Shown here: piece by piece, positions 1-10,524 of the stretch
Numbering within the stretch: the first letter of the stretch is position 1
Layout: each line of letters starts with the position of its first letter
IMG/VR virus record: IMGVR_UViG_3300030419_007201
Span: 2,079-66,078 of that record
Length of the DNA: 64,000 bases
Strand: one strand, 5' to 3'
From: a virus
Lineage: Duplodnaviria > Caudoviricetes
Position numbers and translations under genes: made by a program
Notes under the pieces: generated by a model
Seen by the model: the letters and a program-made list of their open reading frames with translations, nothing else
Database searches by the model: none
What the model was told of the DNA's origin: nothing

Positions 1-2
1 AA

Positions 3-965
3 TTAGTTAGTATGATTGTATCTGCTATTAATATATCTGCCTGAAGACTGTTCCAAGTAGTTCATTTTGAAAAACTCTAACATGTACCTGTTCATATCTA
101 GGGAAAAGTTCGTAACAGTAGTATGAAATATATCTTCGGCGGCGCCGGCGAGCTGTGCTTTTTCGCTTATAAAATCACGTTCGGCTAGAAACTTAGTTAT
201 ATGTGTATGTTCAGCTAGCTGTCGATTGTATTCCATCTGATATGATAACATAGATTTAACTATTCCATTAAGCTCTCCTACTGACTTTGCTAATGCCTCT
301 AGGGCGGCCTTCAAGTTTCTTCCTTTGGGAATCGGCTGCATACTTCCTCTACCTCGATTTCCGGCGTTCAAATCGATTCCATTAATCGCTCTAGTAACAG
401 ACCCAGCAGCGTTTAGATTATCAGTCCTGGTAACTAGTTTAATTCCGTTTCGCGCGATGATTCGCACACCGTCTGCTTTGATAGCTACAGCAGATCTAGC
501 TTCTGTATTTCCCACTTTGCCATTCTTAAGTCCAAAAAGCTTGTCGACCTTGCACCTTTGGCTTAAATATACTCTAGCCGCGTCAGCTTTTGGATGAGTT
601 ATTGTAGCTTCGGGATTTTGTCTAACGTTCACCTCAGAAGGATTTGCGCTGTTCACGCCTACAACAAGGTCTATCATGCCTGACTGTGTAGAGCCTAGCG
701 GCCCATAACATAGCTTTTCTTTTTTAGCATCTAGTGGGTCACCAATTAGATCCCTACCAAGTCTTATTACTGCATTGTTATAGCCAATATAATGTTTTTC
801 ACATTCTGGTCTGACCACAGTAGGTACTGCTTCTACAAGATGTCGACAAAATTTGCCATCAGCTACATTTTTAGTCTCATCGCTGCCTTTATCGTATCCC
901 TGTTTGCGATCGTATGCTGTGCCTTTACGTTCTACATGTGGTTTAAAATCGTCACCTAATCCCAT
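3..965 (-). CDS. Putative baseplate hub/spike-associated protein (gp5-like)
   Basis: 320-aa ORF with RBS GAGG; beta-rich IKADGVRIIARNGIKLV segment followed by a coiled coil, as in large-phage hub proteins; follows a virion peptidase gene. Confidence 0.45.
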   Translation of the reverse strand: MGLGDDFKPHVERKGTAYDRKQGYDKGSDETKNVADGKFCRHLVEAVPTVVRPECEKHYIGYNNAVIRLGRDLIGDPLDAKKEKLCYGPLGSTQSGMIDLVVGVNSANPSEVNVRQNPEATITHPKADAARVYLSQRCKVDKLFGLKNGKVGNTEARSAVAIKADGVRIIARNGIKLVTRTDNLNAAGSVTRAINGIDLNAGNRGRGSMQPIPKGRNLKAALEALAKSVGELNGIVKSMLSYQMEYNRQLAEHTHITKFLAERDFISEKAQLAGAAEDIFHTTVTNFSLDMNRYMLEFFKMNYLEQSSGRYINSRYNHTN

Positions 966-987
966 TTTTTACCTCTTTTATTATATT

Positions 988-3900
988 TTATGTGAAATCA
1001 ACATCCGGATAGTTGGCCGGGTCTAATGGATTGCTGCTAGCATCCGACCGAGCTTGGGCTGATGACATCAAAGGACTGCTTGGATCTCGCGGAAAATTAC
1101 CTATACCATGAATATATATATATTCACTGTCATAAGTTTCATCCCAACTTGGATGCCATGCTGTTCCGTCTTTAATTGGAAGCAATGTTTTAGACGGATT
1201 AATAGTTTTGCTTGAATCTTTTAAGTCCATCAGCGGTACCGGCTCATAATTTGCGCAACCACTATCATTATAAAAAGGAAATTCTGGGCGGGCGCCCTTT
1301 CCAGCGATTGCACGCCTTTGGTGGTCAAATAATATTTTTCTTGAAAAATGGTGGTCATCCTTAAACGGACCACTCCAGGCGCCTCCCCAAGACCAACCTG
1401 CTCGAATAAATGTCTGCCAGAACGCCGGATGCATTCGCACTCCTGACAGAGGAACGCTTCTTTTTACTACCCATATGTCAGCGTTGGGAGATGGAGATGA
1501 AGCAAAAAATACATATCCCAAGCCTGATGACATAGACCATTCATTTAGTTGCTGAACTAGATTCTCTGAATAGGGGTTTTCTGGATTGATTCCTTTGCCG
1601 TTGTTAGTAAATTCCTTATAAGTAGGAGCCCCTTCGGCGCCCTTTAATAATTCCTTTACTAAACTCTTGACTTTGCTTTTCTGTGTTAAGCCATATCCGC
1701 CCACAAGGCCCGGGCCGGTCTTACCAGTAAAAATCTTAAATATGTTATCGCTTCCTGTTCTAATATTTGTACCCGCTCCTGAAGCTTTTTTAAAAGCTGT
1801 CTTGTTTTTATATTTGTCATGATATTTAGAATTTTGATGATAATAGTACTTGGCTTTTGTCATATAGCCACCAGTCATATCCCATATAGCTGGGCTTACA
1901 AATTTATTATGTAATGCTTTGGCGCTTGATCCGCCGAGCCAGTTTTCGCCGGGGCAGAGGTCAAATGCGCATCCTGTTGCATGCATGCTGAATGAAAATC
2001 CCCATCTTTTGGGCACTCTTTTGCCTCCTTCTTCTCTATAATGTTCTTGCACATAACGCGCGCGGGCGCTTTCGAATTTGGATCTGAATTCACCGATTGT
2101 ATTTTCTGTGCTTAGGCCAAGGGCTTTGGTCTTTTTCCCGCTCATACCAAATTCTTCCAAAGTCATAAATTGATTATTTGGATCTGCGTCGATACCTTGT
2201 TTAATGCTATAATATTGACTTCGCAAATTTCGAAGCTTGGAAGGAAAGAAGGTTCCTTGCATTTTTCCCTTCGGAACAAAAGCAGCAATACGTCGAGGGT
2301 CTCCCTCGGGGTCTGTTTCTGAAATTAAATCTCCAGGCGTGTATCCTGAAACACGACAAGCAATCTCAAAAATAACTCGAAATTCATGAATAAAATTTGC
2401 ATTTGCGGCGCCAACATAGCAACCTCCATACATTTCTAATGGATTGGCATAGCGACTTTTTGAACTTTCCGCATCAGAAGTCGAATTCTCGCTAGAGGCA
2501 GCAAAATCAGATTTTTTCTTTCCCAAATTTCGTGCAAATCGCTTTTCAACGCCTCTGTGGTAAATAATATTTCTCTTGGTCCAGGCGCTGAGACCTCCCC
2601 AGCGGCCGTCCTTGCCAAGCTCTTCGCCGGCGCTGCCGCGTGATAAGCCAGGACTACCTGACCAATAGTGCCTCTCTCCGTACGCATTTGCGCCGGGGGC
2701 TTCGCCATTTTTAGTTGGCCACTTGGTAGGCACCGGAGGGTATCCAGTACTTGAATAACGCGCGAAGGGCCCGGGCTTGCCAGCAACTGCTTGGGTATAA
2801 TTTTCTCCTTCTATTGGTTGTATTGTTCCGCGCTCTGCAGTCGGCATTGCAAATCTGCCCATCTTGTTTTTATTTCGTATAGCAGGAAACAAATATTTAG
2901 ATGGATCTACAAGAGCGTTAGGACAAGATGTAGTTGACTCCAACTCGGCGCCAACGGCGCTAGGATCGTGGCCTTCTTCTGGAACAGCATTGCTGCCAGT
3001 TTCACCATCAGCTGCTGCTGTGTCTTGGTTGTCTGCCTCTTCGGCCGGCTGGAGGGAGTCGGGCTCATTTTTGTATGTTTCTTTTGGCGGAGGCTTTGGT
3101 CCTCCGAATTCTACTAATGAGCCAGTTAATATAGCTGCCGGTCTGGTGAAACCAGTTGGACTAGAAAGTGGTTTTATAGGAGGTAAATATACTAGTGGGC
3201 CATCTGGAGACATATACGCTGGAAGATTTCTTTCTCTTGCTTCTGCTTCTGTCTTGGGATATACATCAGTAATAGGTATCTCTTTTATAACATCCCATCT
3301 GTTTGTTGACCAATTATAGCTTCCAAAATCACCCGGCATACCTTGATCCAGGTTTGCCCAGTCCATTATGCCTATAGGGGTATTGGAATTTTTAGCAATA
3401 GTATCATAGAACATTTTAAAATATTCTGGTGGCATACTCTGGCCGGGTGCCATATTAGATTTTGGTTCGTTTCCAGGGCCGTTAGGATGGGGTACCTGTT
3501 CAAAGCCCGGGCCGTATGCCGGGAAGACTGGAAATATAGCCTCATAACCAAGCTCTGCCCACTGCTCAGAAGCGCCGTCGAAGACCATGCTAATAATGTC
3601 TGGATTTGTCAAAGAAGGCTGCGGAGCGATATTTGCCATGACATAGTTAACTGATTCTTTAATCTTGAGAATAGGTTCTTCCAACTCCGGAAACTGTGCC
3701 GGGTGCCCAGGGCCCAGGAGGCCTATTGATACATTGTTCTTAAATGATGCGTCTAGCAGATGTTCTGCATGGGACTCGGCCGATTCTGCGGTCCACCCTG
3801 GGTTGTTTGTTGACATAGATCTAATTCTTGTTATAATGCCAGACGCTCCAGTGTCGTTAGCTAGACCGATGAGATCATCCACCATTTGTTGACTTTTTTC

Positions 3901-4857
3901 GGCTGCGGCACCACCGAACAGCTCGCCCATCAGAAATGGGCGGATGCGCCATCGAACCAATTCCTTAATATACGGCTCTAAGAAGTCTTTCGAAGCGGGC
4001 CCTGAAGTGGCACTAGAGCCATAAAACACCACGCCAAATATCACATAGGTGAAGCCATGCTTCTGTAGTCTCTTGCGTAGTGATTTGGGCGTTCCAAGAT
4101 CTGTATAGCCAGTGTCTTCTTCAGAGGCAAATTGCTCCACAATGACCCCTCTGCCTTTTGGTATTTGAAAGGCGTTATATTTTGAACAATTTACAACTGC
4201 TTTCTGTAACAAGCCTGACTGAGGACTGCCAGTGGCTGCCGCATATCCCCAAGCTGTACCTTGTGTGTTTATTGGATCTCCCGAGGCTGGTTTGCAATGA
4301 AAATTCGGCGGACATGCCTTGAAAGAATCCATCGGGCTCTTTACTGGTTCTATGAAAGGTGCAGATGGCTTATCATCAAGTACGGCCTTATACCAATAGG
4401 TTCTTGACTCGCCTATTCCATCAACAGATACTCGTACTGTAGAGCCAATTGGGGGTGCCGGTAGCTCAGGGGCAACGGCGTGTGCAACAGGAAGATTTTG
4501 CTCCCATATATTAAAATAACCCGATCTTTCTTTGCCGCCGGCTTGAGGCACTTCTGGCAAAATCATGTGAGTCGGGTAGTCCAATGGACGAACTCGAATC
4601 GCGACGCGGCCGAGAGCGGGGCTGTGTTCCGCCCTACCTCTGAAGCTAGGATGAGCTGGCGATGATGACATGCCATTATCATTAACAATTGCTATAACTT
4701 CGGCGGTGAATTCATTACCCAAGCCGTCCATTATATCTGGAGTAGCTGCTGCTTCTGCTGCTGCTCTTAATTTGTCAATACCTTTGGTGGTAGTACTGTA
4801 TTCTCGCCCGCCCGGGCTCTTAAGTATATTACCAGCGCGGCCTTGGTCGTATCTCAT
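988..4857 (-). CDS. Large virion-associated protein with C-terminal M15-family (D-Ala-D-Ala / L-Ala-D-Glu) peptidase motifs
   Basis: SMHATGCAFD (SxHxxGxAxD) and WGGAW...DDHHF motifs; N-terminus resembles a gp5-type OB segment (AEVIAI...RVAIRVR...PPIGSTVRV). Confidence 0.6.
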   Translation of the reverse strand: MRYDQGRAGNILKSPGGREYSTTTKGIDKLRAAAEAAATPDIMDGLGNEFTAEVIAIVNDNGMSSSPAHPSFRGRAEHSPALGRVAIRVRPLDYPTHMILPEVPQAGGKERSGYFNIWEQNLPVAHAVAPELPAPPIGSTVRVSVDGIGESRTYWYKAVLDDKPSAPFIEPVKSPMDSFKACPPNFHCKPASGDPINTQGTAWGYAAATGSPQSGLLQKAVVNCSKYNAFQIPKGRGVIVEQFASEEDTGYTDLGTPKSLRKRLQKHGFTYVIFGVVFYGSSATSGPASKDFLEPYIKELVRWRIRPFLMGELFGGAAAEKSQQMVDDLIGLANDTGASGIITRIRSMSTNNPGWTAESAESHAEHLLDASFKNNVSIGLLGPGHPAQFPELEEPILKIKESVNYVMANIAPQPSLTNPDIISMVFDGASEQWAELGYEAIFPVFPAYGPGFEQVPHPNGPGNEPKSNMAPGQSMPPEYFKMFYDTIAKNSNTPIGIMDWANLDQGMPGDFGSYNWSTNRWDVIKEIPITDVYPKTEAEARERNLPAYMSPDGPLVYLPPIKPLSSPTGFTRPAAILTGSLVEFGGPKPPPKETYKNEPDSLQPAEEADNQDTAAADGETGSNAVPEEGHDPSAVGAELESTTSCPNALVDPSKYLFPAIRNKNKMGRFAMPTAERGTIQPIEGENYTQAVAGKPGPFARYSSTGYPPVPTKWPTKNGEAPGANAYGERHYWSGSPGLSRGSAGEELGKDGRWGGLSAWTKRNIIYHRGVEKRFARNLGKKKSDFAASSENSTSDAESSKSRYANPLEMYGGCYVGAANANFIHEFRVIFEIACRVSGYTPGDLISETDPEGDPRRIAAFVPKGKMQGTFFPSKLRNLRSQYYSIKQGIDADPNNQFMTLEEFGMSGKKTKALGLSTENTIGEFRSKFESARARYVQEHYREEGGKRVPKRWGFSFSMHATGCAFDLCPGENWLGGSSAKALHNKFVSPAIWDMTGGYMTKAKYYYHQNSKYHDKYKNKTAFKKASGAGTNIRTGSDNIFKIFTGKTGPGLVGGYGLTQKSKVKSLVKELLKGAEGAPTYKEFTNNGKGINPENPYSENLVQQLNEWSMSSGLGYVFFASSPSPNADIWVVKRSVPLSGVRMHPAFWQTFIRAGWSWGGAWSGPFKDDHHFSRKILFDHQRRAIAGKGARPEFPFYNDSGCANYEPVPLMDLKDSSKTINPSKTLLPIKDGTAWHPSWDETYDSEYIYIHGIGNFPRDPSSPLMSSAQARSDASSNPLDPANYPDVDFT

Positions 4858-5162
4858 TGTTCCTCGCCCTCTTCATTTATCATATCATAGATTTCGCTTT
4901 TATCTATTTCTGATAAAGCATTAGGCCCGGAATTCTTCTTATGTATAAGAGTTGATATTTTGACTAGCTGCTCGTTTGATCTTTGGAGTGTTTCTAAATA
5001 TTTTGCAGCTATTAATCCTAAATCTTTGTGATCGTGAGCCGAATTCATATCTTTCATCATCTTCGTTAAAAGACTTAAAGCCATGGCCCTATCGTTAGTT
5101 ACATTTTCTGTAGCATCTTCGATATAAGATTCAAGATTTTTTATAGTTTTCCTTCTTCCCAT
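4854..5162 (-). CDS. Hypothetical helical phage protein
   Basis: 102-aa ORF overlapping both neighbours. Confidence 0.7.
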   Translation of the reverse strand: MGRRKTIKNLESYIEDATENVTNDRAMALSLLTKMMKDMNSAHDHKDLGLIAAKYLETLQRSNEQLVKISTLIHKKNSGPNALSEIDKSEIYDMINEEGEEQ

Positions 5163-5827
5163 TTCTTTTTGAACACGCGGTATCTAGCTCTCATCTTGTT
5201 TAAATTATTAACAATCTGTTTTGTGTTGAGCCCTGTGATCTCCCTCATATACAAATAAATAGCTTTTTTGTTAAAAATCTCTAGTTCTTCTTTGCGACTA
5301 AATAATATTTTAACTGCTTCAAGAACTTTTTTCTCATTATCTTTGAGCTTCATCTGCTCCCAAGATAAAATCTCATGCCAGAAATGCTGCCAAAATTCAA
5401 AATCCTCCCTATCGTTTAAATAAGGATGGTGCGTAGTAAGCTTCTCCTCTGTGTCCCCATGGGCAAGATCCTCGTAGCTAACTTCCTTTTGGACACTTCT
5501 AGAATTTTTCTTTACTTTGTGAATGAACCAATTTTTAGTAATCACAGAGAAATAAGAAAACGCTTTTGACCCCTTGGAAGGTTCAAATTTATCTAAAATA
5601 GTAGTTAGCCATATTTTACATTCGTCTTTTAAAGAATCGATATTTGGCAAATTATTGAATTTATAAGTATAAACAATCTTATCTACCATTTCGTCGAAAA
5701 CAGGACCAATATATTTGATATACAGCTCTGTACGTATTTTTTTGTCATCTGTCTTGGCGTATTCCACAATTGCATCTTCATGCTCTTGTGTAAAATATCT
5801 ATTAGATTTCTTCTTCTTCCTCGACAT
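5141..5827 (-). CDS. Phage late-transcription sigma factor (T4 gp55-like)
   Basis: NRYFT...KFEPSKGSKAFSYFSVITKNWFI resembles sigma region 2 of gp55-type factors; start moved to MSRKKK, which follows GGAGG. Confidence 0.7.
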   Translation of the reverse strand: MSRKKKKSNRYFTQEHEDAIVEYAKTDDKKIRTELYIKYIGPVFDEMVDKIVYTYKFNNLPNIDSLKDECKIWLTTILDKFEPSKGSKAFSYFSVITKNWFIHKVKKNSRSVQKEVSYEDLAHGDTEEKLTTHHPYLNDREDFEFWQHFWHEILSWEQMKLKDNEKKVLEAVKILFSRKEELEIFNKKAIYLYMREITGLNTKQIVNNLNKMRARYRVFKKKWEEGKL

Positions 5828-6185
5828 CACCATCCTCCGTAATTGATATTTCTTTTGTTTCAAGAGAGTGTTTATAAGAAAAATCTAATATAGAATTGAC
5901 AGTATCTCGTGAATGGTCAATCAAATTCATCAAAGTCTGATCGCCATAATACATTTCCAATCCGTAAAGGCGCTCAAGGTGTTGTCTAAATTCATTATTA
6001 CTTTCAAGTAAGTCATCTAAATCTACTTCTATTTCTCTCAGCGAGTATAGCATCTTAGTAGCCCACCAAAGCAGCCCTATATTCGCCAGTACAGATATAT
6101 ACAATAGAAAAGGCACAACGCCAAGAACTGCCATCAGTAATATTGCGTTAATTATTAATGATATAGCTAGTATGTAGACGTTCAT
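5802..6185 (-). CDS. Membrane protein with two N-terminal hydrophobic segments and a coiled coil
   Basis: Hydrophobic residues 1-45, then a heptad-rich acidic region. Confidence 0.65.
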   Translation of the reverse strand: MNVYILAISLIINAILLMAVLGVVPFLLYISVLANIGLLWWATKMLYSLREIEVDLDDLLESNNEFRQHLERLYGLEMYYGDQTLMNLIDHSRDTVNSILDFSYKHSLETKEISITEDGDVEEEEEI

Positions 6186-6442
6186 GCTTCGTAAAACTCT
6201 TCTTTTATTCTCTTTTTCTCATCATTCAGGTCTTTTCGAAAATCTTCTATACTTGATTTAACAAGCTCTCCGACCTTGTTTTGAGTCTCTTCCTTGGTTT
6301 CGGTCGTTCTAAAAGTTGCCGGTATTCTAGTAAGGGATCCATTTGTCTCACATGCAGCACAATCATGCATGCGGCTTGACATAGAATGCCAAATTTCTAT
6401 TTCGCCCAGACACACCCCGCACTTATATAAGTATTTAGGCAC
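6182..6442 (-). CDS. FmdB-family zinc-ribbon protein
   Basis: MPKYLYKCGVC...CAAC...LTRI pattern. Confidence 0.75.
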   Translation of the reverse strand: MPKYLYKCGVCLGEIEIWHSMSSRMHDCAACETNGSLTRIPATFRTTETKEETQNKVGELVKSSIEDFRKDLNDEKKRIKEEFYEA

Positions 6443-6778
6443 TTAACTAGTTCTCCCATAATCATCCTCAATGCGCACGACATCATCTAAGTGAGGCGTG
6501 CTGACCTCTATCAAAACCACATCATTTCTATCAGCACAAAATCTGTGAACAGTTCCTGGCTTAATGTGGTGTGACTCACCAAGTATCATTAGCCTTGCAT
6601 GCTCTTCGAACTGAAGTCTCAAGTTTCCTTCTACAACGTAGATAGTCTCCTCTTTGACTCTGTGGTATTGTTTAGACAATTTGTTGCCTGACTTTATAAA
6701 AATCTTTTTAGCAACGTAAGACTCTGTTTCTGCCCAGATCTCTTCATAGCCCCATGGCTTTTCAACTATCCTGCTCAT
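6443..6778 (-). CDS. Cupin protein (mannose-6-P isomerase C-terminal-like)
   Basis: VEKPWGYE...LSKQYH..KEET...HRF...EVSTP..DDVVRIEDDYGR; start moved to follow AGGAG. Confidence 0.8.
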   Translation of the reverse strand: MSRIVEKPWGYEEIWAETESYVAKKIFIKSGNKLSKQYHRVKEETIYVVEGNLRLQFEEHARLMILGESHHIKPGTVHRFCADRNDVVLIEVSTPHLDDVVRIEDDYGRTS

Positions 6779-6974
6779 CATCATACTCCTGATCACCGAA
6801 CTTAACAACCGGGGGGTTGAGAACAAATAACTCACCTTCGACATTTGTAAAACGCAAGTTTTTCAAAACAGGAACTATATCACTCTGCTCCAACAAGCTT
6901 TTCTGCAAACACATCATTAGCGATCCCAAAGCCTCATCAGATAGCGTTGCTTCATTTAAATTAACATTACTCAT
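6762..6974 (-). CDS. Hypothetical protein
   Basis: 70-aa ORF overlapping both neighbours. Confidence 0.6.
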   Translation of the reverse strand: MSNVNLNEATLSDEALGSLMMCLQKSLLEQSDIVPVLKNLRFTNVEGELFVLNPPVVKFGDQEYDDEQDS

Positions 6975-7975
6975 TTTTTCTCCTTTTTGAGTAGCTGTAG
7001 ATCTTCATCATACATCAATTCAGCTAATTTTTTAACATTATATTTTGGACTCCATTGCAACTTTTTTCGCGCTTTGGATGAGTCACCCATCAAATATGGA
7101 ACTTCGTGTGGTCTATAAAACTTAGAGTCAATAATAACATAATCTTCTGATTTGCCTAAACCGGCATATTCAAAAACATGATTCAAAAACTCTTCCACGG
7201 TCGCGACTTCTCCTGTAGAAATCACATAATCATCCGGATCATCTTGCTGTAACATTAACCACATTGCTTCTACGAAGTCGCCGGCGAAACCCCAGTCTCT
7301 AACAGCATATAAATTACCCAACCTAAGCTCGCTTTGTAGCCCCATCTTAATTTTGGCGGCGGCCATTGTTATTTTTCTAGTAACAAATGTTTCTCCACGG
7401 CGTGGAGATTCATGATTAAACAATATCCCGGAAGAAGCATGCAGGCCATATGATTGTCTGTAGTTCCTTACCAGATTATGAGCAAATACTTTTGCGCAAG
7501 CATATGGAGATGCCGGCATCAAGGTTGACTCTTCGTTGAAGGGAAACTCAGGATTATCTCCAAACATTTCTGATGAAGATGCTTGATAAAATCTAGCTTC
7601 TGGTACTATCTCCTTCATAGCATTGAGCATGCGCAAAGTACCCATGGCAATGCCCTCCACAGTGTGTTCGGGAATATCAAACGACACTCGCACATGTGAT
7701 TGTGCTGCCAAATTGTATATCTCATCTGGCTTATATTTCATAAAAAGTTGCCAGATTCTACCAGAATCATTTAAATCATAATATTCCAGAATAAACCTGG
7801 GGTTGCTAAAGATATGATCGATCCTGTCTGTTCTGATTTCAGAAGTTCTTCTCTTTAATCCAACAACTTCATAACCTTTATGTAGCAATAGTTCTGCCAA
7901 ATATGACCCATCTTGACCTGTGATGCCAGTTATTAATGCTACTTTTCTCTTAGCGGGCTCCTTTATACCATTCAT
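6971..7975 (-). CDS. gmd: GDP-mannose 4,6-dehydratase
   Basis: ALITGITGQDGSYLAELLL, NLAAQSHV, SPYACAK, FNHESPRRGETFVTRKIT. Confidence 0.95.
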   Translation of the reverse strand: MNGIKEPAKRKVALITGITGQDGSYLAELLLHKGYEVVGLKRRTSEIRTDRIDHIFSNPRFILEYYDLNDSGRIWQLFMKYKPDEIYNLAAQSHVRVSFDIPEHTVEGIAMGTLRMLNAMKEIVPEARFYQASSSEMFGDNPEFPFNEESTLMPASPYACAKVFAHNLVRNYRQSYGLHASSGILFNHESPRRGETFVTRKITMAAAKIKMGLQSELRLGNLYAVRDWGFAGDFVEAMWLMLQQDDPDDYVISTGEVATVEEFLNHVFEYAGLGKSEDYVIIDSKFYRPHEVPYLMGDSSKARKKLQWSPKYNVKKLAELMYDEDLQLLKKEKK

Positions 7976-8849
7976 ACGTTTTCCTTAAACCATTTTCAAA
8001 AGATGTAAACTTGTAATCACCAATTAAATTTAATAATTTTCTATTGCTACCATCTTTTCTAACTTGACCTTCGTGCTCTCCATTGAAACTATATTCTACA
8101 CTTTTTCCAGAAATTTTTAAACATATATCAATCATTTCTTTGATTGTTAGATTTTCATCTGGAGCTACAATAATAGGTTCAGAGCTATTATGTTTGTTCA
8201 GCAACATAGGAATCAACATAGCCAGATCTTCTACAAATAGCTGCTGGCGTAGGGGACGGCCTGTGCCCCAAAACTCTATATTGTCACCGTCTCTGGACTG
8301 ATAGATTTTTCTTATCATAGCGGCTACGAAATGCGACGACTCTAAGTCAAAATTATCTCCAGGGCCATATAAATTTGATGGAGTAAATGTTGAATAGTTA
8401 ACGCCATATTGCTGCCTGTAGGCGCTAGTCATAACCTGCAAACACCTCTTAGCATAACCATACGAAAAATTACTAATTGGAGGTGGGCCATCATGCATAT
8501 CCTCCTCAACAAAAGGAAAGTTTTTTATATTCTCTGGGAATATACAAGTACTTAAAGATGATAACACTCTCGGCACATTTTCACAGTATGCTTCATGTAT
8601 GATATTTGTATTAATCAACAAATTTTGCTGTATAAATTCAGCTTGATTTAGCGCATTTTCTTTTACTCCGCCGACGCGGCCTGCTAGGTGTACTATGGCA
8701 TCTAAATTTCGATGGTCTCGAATCGCGCCCCGGGCTTGATAAGCACTTGTCAAATCGTAGTCCCTAGAACTAATATAATGCCAATCAGGTCTGATTCTTT
8801 TTAGCGCGGTGCCGACGAATCCAGATCCTCCAGTTACTAAAACTTTCAT
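7950..8849 (-). CDS. fcl: GDP-L-fucose synthase-like epimerase/reductase
   Basis: TGGSGFVG, HLAGRVGG, YGYAKR, NLYGPGDNF, WGTGRPLRQ; adjacent to gmd. Confidence 0.85.
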   Translation of the reverse strand: MKVLVTGGSGFVGTALKRIRPDWHYISSRDYDLTSAYQARGAIRDHRNLDAIVHLAGRVGGVKENALNQAEFIQQNLLINTNIIHEAYCENVPRVLSSLSTCIFPENIKNFPFVEEDMHDGPPPISNFSYGYAKRCLQVMTSAYRQQYGVNYSTFTPSNLYGPGDNFDLESSHFVAAMIRKIYQSRDGDNIEFWGTGRPLRQQLFVEDLAMLIPMLLNKHNSSEPIIVAPDENLTIKEMIDICLKISGKSVEYSFNGEHEGQVRKDGSNRKLLNLIGDYKFTSFENGLRKTYEWYKGAR

Positions 8850-9943
8850 TATATTTTGTACCTCTTCTCAAAAAAGTCACCAGTGTCGCACTCTTCTTTG
8901 AAAAACTTTTTAGTCTCATCATTAAATTGATTATCAATCCAGTCATTTACAGTATTTTCAAATTCTTGATCACCCATTTCAGAGAATCCGCCGCCGTAAT
9001 GCCAAAGTTTTACTTGTTTTTCCGCTATAAAAGAATCAAAAAAATCATTTCCAAATTTACTTCTTATCGCAGATTCGTGAGTTTTTAAATATTCATTTCT
9101 CCACGGCGCATAAAGCTTTTTATCTTTAACACGAAATTCTCTTACTTGATCGTTATTCTTAGTTTCTTGCCCTGTGACGCCCACAGTATTGAGGCGTGCG
9201 CGGACGTTATACACCACCGAAGAAAATGCATAAGGAAATTCTACAGCGCGAATAGTATAGTTGTATGCATTGTCGCTGGGGTGGGCTGATCTTGCACATA
9301 ATATGTTCAATCCACCTTGCTCATGATAGTAATCTGCTTCTTCTTTTATGACCCCGTGTTCTCTTCCTAGTACATAATCTTCTTTATATTTTGCAGCTAT
9401 GTCTATTATGTCACGAAGTACAGCAACATTGTTAATGCATATCACGTCAGCGTTATAGTGCCTAAAATCAAATAATGTCATATCTGAACGGTTTAAAAGA
9501 TCTGCACCATCCCCAGTATAATCTACAAATTTCATATTTGATGGCTCAACACCATTAATGTAGAGCAAGCTTGTAAAGACAGTATATAATTCACCTTCGC
9601 TATAGAATGGATATAGTCCTTGATAGGGGTAATCTAATGTCGTTAAAATATCTATTTTGTTTTCATCAAGAAACTCATCCAATCTGGAGCAAGTTATTGT
9701 ATCGGCTCCAAGTATAATCATTTTATCATACTTTTTCTCTGACATAATTTCATGTGCTAAAGCATATTTAAAAATTCCGCCATCATTGGGATCATACTTG
9801 CTTGTTGCTTTGTAGGCGTCTCTATTATCTTCGTTAACAAGATGAAGTGTTACGTCAGGATGATGCTTCTTAAAACTACGGCTGGCTACTTCTCCAAGTC
9901 TATCATACTTGCCATAATAGTATATCAGACACCCCGCCTTCAC
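8849..9943 (-). CDS. Putative GT-A-fold glycosyltransferase
   Basis: ILGADTI, YNAD and HEQGGLN motifs; located in a sugar cluster. Confidence 0.55.
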   Translation of the reverse strand: MKAGCLIYYYGKYDRLGEVASRSFKKHHPDVTLHLVNEDNRDAYKATSKYDPNDGGIFKYALAHEIMSEKKYDKMIILGADTITCSRLDEFLDENKIDILTTLDYPYQGLYPFYSEGELYTVFTSLLYINGVEPSNMKFVDYTGDGADLLNRSDMTLFDFRHYNADVICINNVAVLRDIIDIAAKYKEDYVLGREHGVIKEEADYYHEQGGLNILCARSAHPSDNAYNYTIRAVEFPYAFSSVVYNVRARLNTVGVTGQETKNNDQVREFRVKDKKLYAPWRNEYLKTHESAIRSKFGNDFFDSFIAEKQVKLWHYGGGFSEMGDQEFENTVNDWIDNQFNDETKKFFKEECDTGDFFEKRYKI

Positions 9944-10524
9944 TCGACACTCCTAAGAGGTGAGTCTTTCATTCTGTTCTTTTCTCCTCGAATGGAAGGG
10001 CAGCGATTCCCTGTACAATGTATTAACTCGTAAAACACCATCATACATAGCACTTCAACTGTATGAAAGTAATCGCACTCGAAACTCATCTCGTCTACAT
10101 CGTCGTTAAGCGCTTCCGATTTTTGGCCAGATATCATGTATGTATCAAAATGCCTATCTTTAGCCCAATGTAAAGCATTGATTACGTTAGATGAATTTCC
10201 GGAACACGACATACCAACAACCAAGCAATCGCCTGGGTCTTCGACTAGGGCTGTTGTCTCCAACCAGCGTACAAAAAGCTGTTCATATCCGTGATCATTA
10301 GCATTTGAGGTTATAAAACCCACACTATCAAACGAATATACAGTTTTGTCTGGAATCAATCTAGTAAGATCAGTAGCCATGTGGCTAGCTACGTAATGCA
10401 GGCCTCCATTCCCTAGCAAGAAAATCTTCTTTGCTTTGTTGATCTTCTCGGCTAAATTATTAAATTCGCTTGTCTCGCAAGCATCTCTGCATCTTTGTTC
10501 AATGTTTTCAAAATCAATTAACAT
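9940..10524 (-). CDS. SIS-domain phosphosugar isomerase (GmhA-like)
   Basis: LGNGG..VASHMATD, ANDHGYEQLF, GMSCSGNSSNVINA. Confidence 0.85.
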   Translation of the reverse strand: MLIDFENIEQRCRDACETSEFNNLAEKINKAKKIFLLGNGGLHYVASHMATDLTRLIPDKTVYSFDSVGFITSNANDHGYEQLFVRWLETTALVEDPGDCLVVGMSCSGNSSNVINALHWAKDRHFDTYMISGQKSEALNDDVDEMSFECDYFHTVEVLCMMVFYELIHCTGNRCPSIRGEKNRMKDSPLRSVE

